Source of the DNA: Eimeria praecox | Lineage: Eukaryota | Assembly (NCBI GenBank): GCA_963920595.1 | Contig: OY986950.1 | Location: 62,001-126,000, forward strand | Direction: 5' to 3' | DNA: 64,000 nucleotides | In this document: positions 40,691 through 52,900 of the stretch, one piece after another | Layout: each line of letters begins with the position of its first letter | Numbering within the stretch: the first letter of the stretch is position 1 | The notes under the pieces: model-generated | The model's input: only the letters and a program-made list of their open reading frames with translations | Database searches by the model: none | Told to the model about the DNA's origin: nothing | Made by a program: the position numbers and the translations under genes

Positions 40691-42432
40691 GAGTGCTCAT
40701 GGTTTTTATTGGCGAGCGGATGCACCCACGTGTACTCTAATTTTCAGTGGAGTGGCTAACGTCGTAGGTGAATGAGCGAGAAAACAAAGCACTGTTTAGG
40801 CAGCTTGCGGCATGGCGTACATTACTCGGATTCGTGAGACAAATTGAACTATGGAGCAGTAAATAAATTTTGCGCTATTTTTCCAAAGGATTCCAAAATT
40901 TTCAGTGAGCAGCTTTTGCTCTGCGTAGTTGTAAAGGGTTCCTGAAGGCACATAGCCTAATTACTGCCATCCGCACTCTTTGCAGTTCATCCCCACACAT
41001 ACATCCATTGTTGCACTTTTTAGCAGGCTGGGGTCTGCACAAAGTAGTCGTCGCTGTTGCTCACGTCCTTAATAGCGGCAAACAGAATGAATCTCAATCG
41101 CAGCATTCAGCGTGGCTGCTGGCGCACCGGTTGTTCGCTTCCACACATATCGTTCATGCTATGTAAGAGCAACGGCCAACATAATAATGCGCTCCAATTG
41201 TGAGGGCGTCACTGTACGGCCTACGGTAGACAGTTGTAGACCCTTTCGAGAGAAAACGAGAAATGATCTTTGGCTGCTCTTGTTGAAACTAGGCACAAAG
41301 GCAGGTGGGCGCCAGCTCATCTTCGAATGTGCCAGTCCTATTTAGTTCGCAGCTCTTAGCATTTCGTGCTTGGCCTGATTAGACGTTTTTGCCAATGCAA
41401 TGAGTGATTTGCGCAGATGGTCGAGTTTCATGCTGCCGATAAGCTCACAGAAATAACCGAAGTTCCTTCAGACTATTGTAGCACTGGGAAGCTACGAACG
41501 ATTCAAAGGGGGGTATACAAAAACCTTACAAAGTAACTGGAGAGCATCTAATGTACTCTAAAGAACGCATACCACATTACTCGCTTTATCTGGGTGCTTG
41601 CAATGCGCAGTGCTTTGATACCGCGGGACGATGCGCAGGAGATGCGCGAGCCACCATTTGTGCCACCAAATACACTTTGGCAAGGACTGTGTTGCGCATT
41701 TTACAACTAAGCTGCTGCTCCCCAGTCCGTGCATTCCCTCTGAAGATGCATCGTTATGCAGTTCTGCTGGCGAGTGGGTGAAAAATGCCGCTATCAACTT
41801 AGCTTTGCAGACGTATGGTCGTGTCACCTCAATCGCCTCATGAAACTGGAAACAGCGTAGAACCGAAAAGCGCTGTCATTGACGAGTAATGTGCAGTTGC
41901 GTACAGCCACGTCCGGAGCCTAAGCAGTTCAGTATCAATCTTTTATGCGGAATCAAACTGATACATTACAGGGGAACGCTGAATTGAGGCATCACTTTCG
42001 CATCCGAACCCCTGATGGTGTATATTTTCCTGTCACGAGATGTCTTCGCACTTTCTGTAGCAGAACGGCCATTCCACGAAGAAAGCAGCCAGCATACAGG
42101 CGAATGCGGATCATTTGCTCTTGTTAATTCTTGTGTGGGTGTTGTCGAGGAGTGGACTGCGCAGGGAATGTGTGCCGTTTCGATGGCAAATGTGGGGCCA
42201 AAAAAGGCCCGAGAACCTCTCCCAACATCTTTTGCACTGCATGCATGCATGCGCTGCACAACACCGCCTAAGACTGTCTTGACGGTATGACAACGGAGGC
42301 AGAATGCAGCACAAAAAGATTCCACAAAACGTTTCCGAGACAGTCCATAGAACCTACAGAAGGACACACTAGGGCATGAGAAGCGTCGCTCAAAGCCAAT
42401 GAGGAGCATTCATGTTTTCCATACGGCGGATA
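40691..42432. other. Unique non-repetitive spacer between arrays 2 and 3, no recognisable gene
   Basis: I found no second copy elsewhere in the window. It is more AT-rich near 40840-40910 and carries only short ORFs with no recognisable motif. Confidence 0.75.
42238..42252. repeat. (TGCA)n palindromic run TGCATGCATGCATGC
   Basis: Read directly from the sequence. It contains overlapping TGCATGCA octamers. Confidence 0.8.
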
Positions 42433-42549
42433 GGCTGCACACGGGTGACTGCTCCTCGTCTTTACATACACTCGAGCTGCTCCCAATACGTAACGCACTG
42501 CCTGGCAGGAATGGTGAGCCCCGCTACCCTTAAAATGCAAATACCCTAA

Positions 42550-42680
42550 GCATGCGCCAAGAAGGAAACGCAAGGAGACTTTGTCTGATGCAGGCTCTGG
42601 AGAACCTACTCCAAAAAGAGGCGCATTCTCTTAAAAAGGAAAATACGCCAGAACGTGAGCATGATCTCGCCACATCATGG
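42550..42680. other. 131-bp presence/absence segment of array 3 (present in units 1 and 3)
   Basis: Units 1 and 3 (51897-52027) read ATACCCTAA-[131 bp]-ATACGCAGCA. Units 2, 4 and 5 read ATACCCTAA-ATACGCAGCA. Confidence 0.95.
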
Positions 42681-44482
42681 ATACGCAGCACAGTGCCTAT
42701 CAAAACAGCCGGCATTCCCTCCCACCTCTCATAAGCCGACCGCATACCCTTGGGCCAATACACGCATCCGCCATCATGGCAACTTTCTTTCTAGTTGTTC
42801 GACTGTGCCGCAACACATGCAGCCGCCCCGTCCCTTGATGAAAAATGCTGTGACAAACTTTCCAACTACTCTACTGCCTCCCGCTCCAGTCAGGAACGCT
42901 GTCAGCAGGTTCGCGCCACCCCAGTAACCCGAATATAAAGTCAATGCAGCGCCCAAACTCCAGCCATGCGCACCCATTCTTCACGCATCGCGGCGCCTCA
43001 TGGCAGCACGCGCTTAGAATCGTTGGCAATGCATTCAGCACCGTTCGCCACTGAGCTGTCCAGGGGCCGATGCCTTCCTGCATTCCCGTCTACAGCTTTC
43101 AAAGGCCAGAAACAGTAGCGACCCTATTAGCCTTGACGTTGCAAAATAGCGTATGACGACGCAGCTCCCAACAGTCTGTTCGTGCCTCAAGAGGGACCGT
43201 CATGTGCGAGGGCACCTTGGCCAAGTGGCGCGCTTGCCTTTGCTATTGGCACTTTTCCGCTCCACCATTTCAGCGCGTTTGCGTCTGATCCCTTACTCGT
43301 TACGCGCGCTGCTTTACGTACTTCCTGCACAACATAATGCACCAGCACATGAAGCTCAGTATGTCGCTCAGGAGCCGGCGCACAACACGTGTTCAAAATG
43401 AAAAGAATTCAAACTCCAGCTCGTTAATCGGTATTCATTTCCTTTTCTCCCCAGATGGCAACTCAGTCTCGCAAACAGTTCAAAGACACGCTCGTACAGA
43501 ATCACTAACACTAGATCCCATACAATCGCTCGACACAAGCACGCAGCCATCCATCCAAACGTGGCAGCTCTCCCCAGCACATACCAAGTGAAATATGACC
43601 CAAATGTACACACATACGAACAAGGAATTCTCCTCCGCGCCTCGCCCAAACCTTCCTGTCAGTAACCAAACAAACGCCGACGCAGTTCGTTGGCCATTTC
43701 CACACTTTCAGCTTAAGCCAGTGAATGCGATGCTTGTTGTCTCCTCTGCAAATATACATGACTACAGGCAAACAAGCGAACAATTAAACAAGCAGCAGCA
43801 CAGTGTTCCTATTCGCCAAAGAACAGCCATGCTGTCATGCCATTTATTCACGGACAGCCATCAAACAGAGCAGCCTACACATGCCTGCCAACGTGCATAG
43901 GCGCCACGCTTTTCGCTACCCGCTTGCAGCTCCAACTGATCGAACAGTCAGAACCCTTGTTCGTCGAATAAAACACCTGTATACGCCGTTGGAATTACGA
44001 GTTTCTATGACCCTCATCATGTGCTCTCCAACTTGTCCCTGAAACAATTACACGAAATATTCACGCGGTCACCCACTTTCTGTACATTTAACGCAATGCG
44101 ACCGTCACAGTGGTACCCAGTGTCCTTACTAGCTCCGTTGACGCGGTTCTATACCGCCCACAGAGAAACGCGGCAGCCTTCCGGCAAGTGTTGCTCTGTC
44201 TAGTCAGCCACTGCACGCCGACACAGACGGTCGATGAGCTGCAAGCATGACCCCACACACAGCAGCAAAGGGACACAAGCACGACAAGCAGCAAGACAGC
44301 CAGAGACCTCCTGCACCATACCCAAACCTACGCATGTAAACTAGATCATAACGTATGGGGGGGGTCCTGCCCAGCAGCTACCAACGTGTTTGCGCTTCAC
44401 CTCCCATGCCTGCAACAAGAAGTGAAATGCTTCTAGTCTTGCCGTGCAACAGCATCAGCATCAGTGCCCACATACTCGACCA

Positions 44483-44509
44483 CGGAAGTGGCCGGAAGTG
44501 ATCGGAAGT
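44483..44509 (+). repeat. Three CGGAAGT(G) direct repeats at exact 10-bp spacing, in every array 3 unit
   Basis: CGGAAGTG-GC-CGGAAGTG-AT-CGGAAGT. Also at 49091, 53831, 58351 and 62960. Confidence 0.85.
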
Positions 44510-45252
44510 CGCAGCTTCATCCATGTTTAATAGAGCGCTTTCGTTAATCGATAACCCCCCCTGCTTCCTCGAGCATACACGCCCACCAACAACACTCCAT
44601 ACGCAATTATGCTGCGCCTGCCCTTCCCCAAACAGCATCGTTCAAGTGGAAAAACACCAGCAAAGTCTGTCACCGGCATCGCTATAGCTATGCGTAGCCG
44701 CTTTGCAGTGATTGAGCAAACCTCATGGAACAGATTAATAATCCGCTCAACCCCTTCGCAATGGGACAAGCAATTCTTTCCGCAACGCCGTGGGCCGGAG
44801 CATGTGCAAGCGCAACCCACAAGCTGCTCACAAAAGCATTACGTAAGAGCACCGTCTTCATGGCCTGAGCCATCCCCCAACATGCATCAACAGGTAAGAT
44901 AACATACGGTGTATCAAAGCGAGAAGATGCACCGAGCACTTGCCCACCCAACCAATCTAGGAACCAGACTGTGGGCTAAACCAAAACTGCCAATGAGCAT
45001 GGACCGTCAAGTGAAAAACCAGTACCACTAACGCCAACCCCCACAAAACACAAACTCCGACAGCAGCTGTGGCCTTCTCAAGCGAAGGCATCTGCAGCGA
45101 CCTTACCTTTAGCCTCCCAGCGCTCCATCCATAACGGGCTGCACTGGCAGGACCTGCGCCAGTCGCAAGAACAGCACGCAGGCCCATCTTCGTTCGGCTG
45201 AGGCAAAGCATGGGAATTACACCAGAGCAGCAAACGCATTCGTAGACACGCC

Positions 45253-45375
45253 GCATGCAGTGTCCCCTCTTTCCATTCTGCCAGCAGCCTCGCTATTTCC
45301 TTTGCTGGCAGAATGGAAAGAGGGGACGCATGCAGTGTCCCCTCTTTCCATTCTGCCAGCAAAGGAAATAGCGAG
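45253..45375. repeat. Direct-inverted-direct triplication containing a perfect 39-bp inverted repeat (array 3 unit 1)
   Basis: 45289-45327 is the exact reverse complement of 45337-45375 (9-nt loop). 45253-45286 is a direct repeat of 45328-45361 at 75-bp offset. Confidence 0.97.
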
Positions 45376-48300
45376 CCTCCGCAGGCAGATGTGATGCAGA
45401 GGACCCACAGAGCCATTAAGACGGTCCACGCTTTAACTGTGTTAGTAGTTTCGTGTTGGTAGTTTCGTTCAGGAGTATGGAGCAAGTGTGGCTGCACTTG
45501 CAATACTCACGCAACTGGCGCCTGACTCAGCATGGAGACGTACGCGGTAAGGCAGTAAATATAGAGCGTCACACAAAGCCTAGCACGGGCTCGACAGACT
45601 TTCTGGTACGCATACGCCGCATTCCACCGACGACTGCACGGTTGCGAATCTCATACCTACCGCTCTAACCATTCCGCTCGCTCACTGAGCAAAAGCAGGC
45701 GTCGCGAACTAGCCACATGGGAGCATATTTATACATCTCAGGACTACGTTAAATGAGTCCAAGCGGAATTCAAACCGAATCTGTACAGAAGCTGGCTTGT
45801 CAGCTGAACGTCCAGACAGGGCCAGAGCCGGCTGAAAGTGATACGCTTGGGCAACGGCGCCTCGTTGCCGCCTGCATTCCGGAAAAAATCCAGAGCAGAA
45901 AGCGGCTGTTCATTTGCAGCCGTCCTCGGGGAAATGATCAGCATGAAAGCGGGCCAATGGCCAAAGCACACGCGTTGAGTGCTATTTTTATGCGTTTTGC
46001 AGGGCTGTGCGTGAACGCGAAATCCGACATTGATAAGCACACCTTAGGTTTCTGCCGAACGTGCACCAAAGTCAACGGAGCCTGACGCACAATATAGTAC
46101 AGTGTCAAACAACATGTGAGCAATCTCAGCCTTTTCCTACGCTTCAGCGTACCTCCTTCAGCAAAGACGGGCCCGCAAGGCATGCAGGATTCGAGGTGCT
46201 AAAGGAATCATTACTCGCGAATCGTAATGCCACGACTGGTATGCCGGCACCAAGCGACTGTTAGATGAGACAAGGTTGAAAGATGCGCCGTCAGCACATT
46301 TGCAAGCAATGCCGCCTCTGATTCCAGGTAACAACAATATCTGAGCTGGAAGCAGCTGTCAGCGAAGTGCTCGTGAGGATGACAGCGCAGTGGAATGTTC
46401 ACATCTGCAAGGCGGTCGACATCAAGCTTACAACGCAAATGTGATACATGATGAAGTGCGAAGCACACCTTTAGCGTCTTGAGTGCACGCGTTTGCAGAG
46501 AGTCCCCCCCCAGCTGCTTTCAATGGCCCAATGAGTTCAGCTTCAAGTGGCATACCCGTGCGCATGCAGCAAACATACTTTCAGAGTATGGCGGCAAACG
46601 CCACACCCAGAAACAGTGCCAGTTAGCGTACGTCTCGACGCGAGAAGCGTGCACCTGAGAGCGACTGTCCACATTTGAGGTGCCCTGCAGACAAGAACGA
46701 TTGCCATTGCAGGCTGAGGACCACCCTTCGCCTGGCCGTCGTATCGAAAGCTCTTAGGCCCAACAAGCTTCTCAGCGCTTATGGCATAGCTTTGAGCCTA
46801 ACTCCGCCTCAACTAGATTAACAGTCAATCCACCGTCCACTGCTCTAAACTGCGAGCTGCCTAACAGTAGCCTACCACCTGGTTCAAGTCATCTATAGCC
46901 CGGCGAGCGGGACATATCTGCACCAGTAAATAGCCAACGTCCACCAGCCACCAGCCAGAGTCCGTCCTGACAGTAGCGCCACTTTTGCTGGACTCTTGCA
47001 ACCAGCACTCTCAATCTGCCTGCACAGCCTAGCGAATGATTTAGTCGACAAACGCATGAAATTGCCGGCTCACCCTGAAGCGTCCCACCATCGCCTAGAG
47101 AAACAAAACACACCTCTCCGACTCCATACAGGCAACCGCCACACCGCAAGGCTCACCGGCAACAAGCCAATGGCTGCACACGGGTGACTGCTCCTCGTCT
47201 TTACATACACTCGAGCTGCTCCCAATACGTAACGCACTGCCTGGCAGGAATGGTGAGCCCCGCTACGCTTAAAATGCAAATACCCTAAATACGCAGCACA
47301 TTGCCTACCAGAACAACCGGCATTCCCTCCCACCTCTCATAAGCCGACCGCATACCCTTGGGCCAATACACGCATCCGCCATCATGGCAACTTTCTTTCT
47401 AGTTGTTCGACTGTGCCGCAACACATGCAGCCGCCCCGTCCCTTGATGAAAAATGCTGTGACAAACTTTCCAACTACTCTACTGCCTCCCGCTCCAGTCA
47501 GGAACGCTGTCAGCAGCTTCGCGCCACCCCAGTAACCCGAATATAAAGTCAATGCAGCGCCCAAACTCCAGCCATGCGCACCCATTCTTCACACATCGCG
47601 GCGCCTCATGGCAGCACACGCTTAGAATCGTTGGCAATGCATTCAGCACCGTTCGCCACTGAGCTATCCAGGGGCCGATGCCTTCCTGCATTCCCGTCTA
47701 CAGCTTTCAAAGGCCAGAGACAGTAGCGATCCTATTAGCCTTGACGTTGCAAAATAGCGTATGACGACGCAGCTCCCAACAGTCTGTTCGTGCCTCAAGA
47801 GGGACCGTCATGTGCGAGGGCACCTTGGCCAAGTGGCGCGCTTGCCTTTGCTATTGGCACTTTTCCGCTCCACCATTTCAGCGCGTTTGCGTCTGATCCC
47901 TTACTCGTTACGCGCGCTGCTTTACGTACTTCCTGCACAACATAATGCGCCAGCACATGAAGCTCAGTATGTCGCTCAGGAGCCGGCGCACAACACGTGT
48001 TCAAAATGAAAAGAATTCAAGCTCCAGCTCGTTAATCGGTATTCATTTCCTTTTCTCCCCAGATGGCAACTCAATCTCGCAAACAGTTCAAAGACACGCT
48101 CGTACAGAATCACTAACACTAGATCCCATACAATCGCTCGACACAAGCACGCAGCCATCCATCCAAACGTGGCAGCTCTCCACAGCACATACCAAGTGAA
48201 ATATGACCCAAATGTACACACATACGAACAAGGAATTCTCCTCCGCGCCTCGCCCAAACCTTCCTGTCAGTAACCAAACAAACGCCGACGCAGTTCGTTG

Positions 48301-49860
48301 GCCATTTCCACACTTTCAGCTTAAGCCAGTGAATGCGATGCTTGTTGCCTCCTCTGCAAATATACATGACTACAGGCAAACAAGCGAACAATTAAACAAG
48401 CAGCAGCACAGTGTTCCTATTCGCCAAAGAACAGCCATGCTGTCATGCCATTTATTCACGGACAGCCATCAAACAGAGCAGCCTACACATGCCTGCCAAC
48501 GTGCATAGGCGCCACGCTTTTCGCTACCCGCTTGCAGCTCCAACTGATCGAACAGTCAGAACCCTTGTTCGTCGAATAAAACACCTGTACACGCCGTTGG
48601 AATTACGAGTTTCTATGACCCTCATCATGTGCTCTCCAACTTATCCCTCAAACAATTACACGAAATATTCACGCTGTCACCCACGGTCTACGCAGTTAAC
48701 GCAGTGCCACAGTTACAGTTGTATGCAGTGTTCTTACTAGCTCCGTTGACGCGGTTCTATACCGCCCACAGAGAAACGCGGCAGCCTTCCGGCAAGTGTT
48801 GCTCTGTCTAGTCAGCCACTGCACGCCGACACAGACGGTCGATGAGCTGCAAGCATGACCCCACACACAGCAGCAAAGGGACACAAGCACGACAAGCAGC
48901 AAGACAGCCAGAGACCTCCTGCACCATACCCAAACCTACGCATGTAAACTAGATCATAACGTATGGGGGGGGTCCTGCCCAGCAGCTACCAACGTGTTTG
49001 CGCTTCACCTCCCATGCCTGCAACAAGAAGTGAAATGCTTCTAGTCTTGCCGTGCAACAGCATCAGCATCAGTGCCCACATACTCGACCACGGAAGTGGC
49101 CGGAAGTGATCGGAAGTCGCAGCTTCATCCATGTTTAATAGAGCGCTTTCGTTAATCGATAACCCCCCCTGCTTCCTCGAGCATACACGCCCACCAACAA
49201 CACTCCATACGCAATTATGCTGCGCCTGCCCTTCCCCAAACAGCATCGTTCAAGTGGAAAAACACCAGCAAAGTCTGTCACCGTCATCGCTATAGCTATG
49301 CGTAGCCGCTTTGCAGTGATTGAGCAAACCTCATGGAACAGATTAATAATCCGCTCAACCCCTTCGCAATGGGACAAGCAATTCTTTCCGCAACGCCGTG
49401 GGCCGGAGCATGTGCAAGCGCAACCCACAAGCTGCTCACAAAAGCATTACGTAAGAGCACCGTCTTCATGGCCTGAGCCATCCCCCAACATGCATCAACA
49501 GGTAAGATAACATACGGTGTATCAAAGCGAGAAGATGCACCGAGCACTTGCCCACCCAACCAATCTAGGAACCAGACTGTGGGCTAAACCAAAACTGCCA
49601 ATGAGCATGGACCGTCAAGTGAAAAACCAGTACCACTAACGCCAACCCCCACAAAACACAAACTCCGACAGCAGCTGTGGCCTTCTCAAGCGAAGGCATC
49701 TGCAGCGACCTTACCTTTAGCCTCCCAGCGCTCCATCCATAACGGGCTGCACTGGCAGGACCTGCGCCAGTCGCAAGAACAGCACGCAGGCCCATCTTCG
49801 TTCGGCTGAGGCAAAGCATGGGAATTACACCAGAGCAGCAAACGCATTCGTAGACACGCC

Positions 49861-49983
49861 GCATGCAGTGTCCCCTCTTTCCATTCTGCCAGCAGCCTCG
49901 CTATTTCCTTTGCTGGCAGAATGGAAAGAGGGGACGCATGCAGTGTCCCCTCTTTCCATTCTGCCAGCAAAGGAAATAGCGAG
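49861..49983. repeat. Same inverted triplication, array 3 unit 2
   Basis: Same sequence as 45253-45375 at offset +4608. Confidence 0.97.
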
Positions 49984-52900
49984 CCTCCGCAGGCAGATGT
50001 GATGCAGAGGACCCACAGAGCCATTAAGACGGTCCACGCTTTAACTGTGTTAGTAGTTTCGTGTTGGTAGCTTCGTTCAGGAGTATGGAGCAAGTGTGGC
50101 TGCACTTGCAATACTCACGCAACTGGCGCCTGACTCAGCATGGAGACGTACGCGGTAAGGCAGTAAATATAGAGCGTCACACAAAGCCTAGCACGGGCTC
50201 GACAGACTTTCTGGTACGCATACGCCGCATTCCACCGACGACTGCACGGTTGCGAATCTCATACCTACCGCTCTAACCATTCCGCTCGCTCACTGAGCAA
50301 AAGCAGGCGTCGCGAACTAGCCACATGGGAGCATATTTATACATCTCAGGACTACGTTAAATGAGTCCAAGCGGAATTCAAACCGAATCTGTACAGAAGC
50401 TGGCTTGTCAGCTGAACGTCCAGACAGGGCCAGAGCCGGCTGAAAGTGATACGCTTGGGCAACGGCGCCTCGTTGCCGCCTGCATTCCGGAAAAAATCCA
50501 GAGCAGAAAGCGGCTGTTCATTTGCAGCCGTCCTCGGGGAAATGATCAGCATGAAAGCGGGCCAATGGCCAAAGCACACGCGTTGAGTGCTATTTTTATG
50601 CGTTTTGCAGGGCTGTGCGTGAACGCGAAATCCGACATTGATAAGCACACCTTAGGTTTCTGCCGAACGTGCACCAAAGTCAACGGAGCCTGACGCACAA
50701 TATAGTACAGTGTCAAACAACATGTGAGCAATCTCAGCCTTTTCCTACGCTTCAGCGTACCTCCTTCAGCAAAGACGGGCCCGCAAGGCATGCAGGATGC
50801 GAGGTGCTAAAGGAATCATTACTCGCGAATCGTAATGCCACGACTGGTATGCCGGCACCAAGCGACTGTTAGATGAGACAAGGTTGAAAGATGCGCCGTC
50901 AGCACATTTGCAAACAATGCTGCCGCTGATTCCAGGTAACAACAATATCTGAGCTGGAAGCAGCTGTCAGCGAAGTGCTCGTGAGGATGACAGCGCAGTG
51001 GAATGTTCACATCTGCAAGGCGGTCGACATCAAGCTTACAACGCAAATGCGATCCATGATGAAGTGCGAAGCACACCTTTAGCGTCTTGAGTGCACGCGT
51101 TTGCAGAGAGTCCCCCCCCAGCTGCTTTCAATGGTCCAATGAGTTCAGCTTCAAGTGGCATAACCGTGCACATGCAGCAAACATACTTTCAGAGTATGAC
51201 GGCAAACGCCACACCCAGAAACAGTGCCAGTTAGCGTACGTCTCGAAGCGAGAAGCGTGCACCTGAGAGCGACTGTCCACATTTGAGGTGCCCTGCAGAC
51301 AAGAACGATTGCCATTGCAGGCTGAGGACCACCCTTCGCCTGGCCGTCGTATCGAAAGCTCTTAGGCCCAACAAGCTTCTCAGCGCTTATGGCATAGCTT
51401 TGAGCCTAACTCCGCCTCAACTAGATTAACAGTCAATCCACCGTCCACTGCTCTAAACTGCGAGCTGCCTAACAGTAGCCTACCACCTGGTTCAAGTCAT
51501 CTATAGCCCGGCGAGCGGGACATATCTGCACCAGTAAATAGCCAACGTCCACCAGCCACCAGCCAGAGTCCGTCCTGACAGTAGCGCCACTTTTGCTGGA
51601 CTCTTGCAACCAGCACGCTCAATCTGCCTGCACAGCCTAGCGAATGATTTAGTCGACAAACGCATGAAATTGCCGGCTCACCCTGAAGCGTCCCACCATC
51701 GCCTAGAGAAACAAAACACACCTCTCCGACTCCATACAGGCAACCGCCACACCGCAAGGCTCACCGGCAACGCGCCAGTGGCTGCACACGGGTGACTGCT
51801 CCTCGTCTTTACATACACTCGAGCTGCTCCCAATACGTAACGCACTGCCTGGCAGGAATGGTGAGCCCCGCTACCCTTAAAATGCAAATACCCTAAGCAT
51901 GCGCCAAGAAGGAAACGCAAGGAGACTTTGTCTGATGCAGGCTCTGGAGAACCTACTCCAAAAAGAGGCGCATTCTCTTAAAAAGGAAAATACGCCAGAA
52001 CGTGAGCATGATCTCGCCACATCATGGATACGCAGCACAGTGCCTATCAAAACAGCCGGCATTCCCTCCCACCTCTCATAAGCCGACCGCATACCCTTGG
52101 GCCAATACACGCATCCGCCATCATGGCAACTTTCTTTCTAGTTGTTCGACTGTGCCGCAACACATGCAGCCGCCCCGTCCCTTGATGAAAAATGCTGTGA
52201 CAAACTTTCCAACTACTCTACTGCCTCCCGCTCCAGTCAGGAACGCTGTCAGCAGGTTCGCGCCACCCCAGTAACCCGAATATAAAGTCAATGCAGCGCC
52301 CAAACTCCAGCCATGCGCACCCATTCTTCACGCATCGCGGCGCCTCATGGCAGCACGCGCTTAGAATCGTTGGCAATGCATTCAGCACCGTTCGCCACTG
52401 AGCTGTCCAGGGGCCGATGCCTTCCTGCATTCCCGTCTACAGCTTTCAAAGGCCAGAAACAGTAGCGACCCTATTAGCCTTGACGTTGCAAAATAGCGTA
52501 TGACGACGCAGCTCCCAACAGTCTGTTCGTGCCTCAAGAGGGACCGTCATGTGCGAGGGCACCTTGGCCAAGTGGCGCGCTTGCCTTTGCTATTGGCACT
52601 TTTCCGCTCCACCATTTCAGCGCGTTTGCGTCTGATCCCTTACTCGTTACGCGCGCTGCTTTACGTACTTCCTGCACAACATAATGCACCAGCACATGAA
52701 GCTCAGTATGTCGCTCAGGAGCCGGCGCACAACACGTGTTCAAAATGAAAAGAATTCAAACTCCAGCTCGTTAATCGGTATTCATTTCCTTTTCTCCCCA
52801 GATGGCAACTCAATCTCGCAAACAGTTCAAAGACACGCTCGTACAGAATCACTAACACTAGATCCCATACAATCGCTCGACACAAGCACGCAGCCATCCA

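Noticed and set aside
40782..40794. AAACAAAGCACTG shared between the unique spacer and the 906-bp monomer
   Set aside because: This is an isolated 13-mer with no flanking similarity and is compatible with chance.
42552..42734. 60-aa ORF with a helical-looking stretch (ALENLLQKEAHSLKKEN) starting in the 131-bp segment
   Set aside because: It is too short, absent from three of five units, and has no supporting context.
46090..46102. CAATATAGTACAG, the reverse complement of CTGTACTATATTG (3' end of the trypanosomatid spliced leader), once per full 4.6-kb unit
   Set aside because: Only 13 nt match. The upstream part of the 39-nt leader (AACTAACGCT...) is absent and the following bases do not match the SL intron start, so this is most likely chance.
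46881..46890. GGTTCAAGTC resembling a Pol III B-box or tRNA T-loop
   Set aside because: There is no T-stem pairing, no cloverleaf and no convincing A-box upstream.
47277..47289. CCCTAAA telomere-like heptamer in some array 3 units
   Set aside because: It is a single copy created by the 131-bp deletion junction. No tandem telomeric tract is present in the window.
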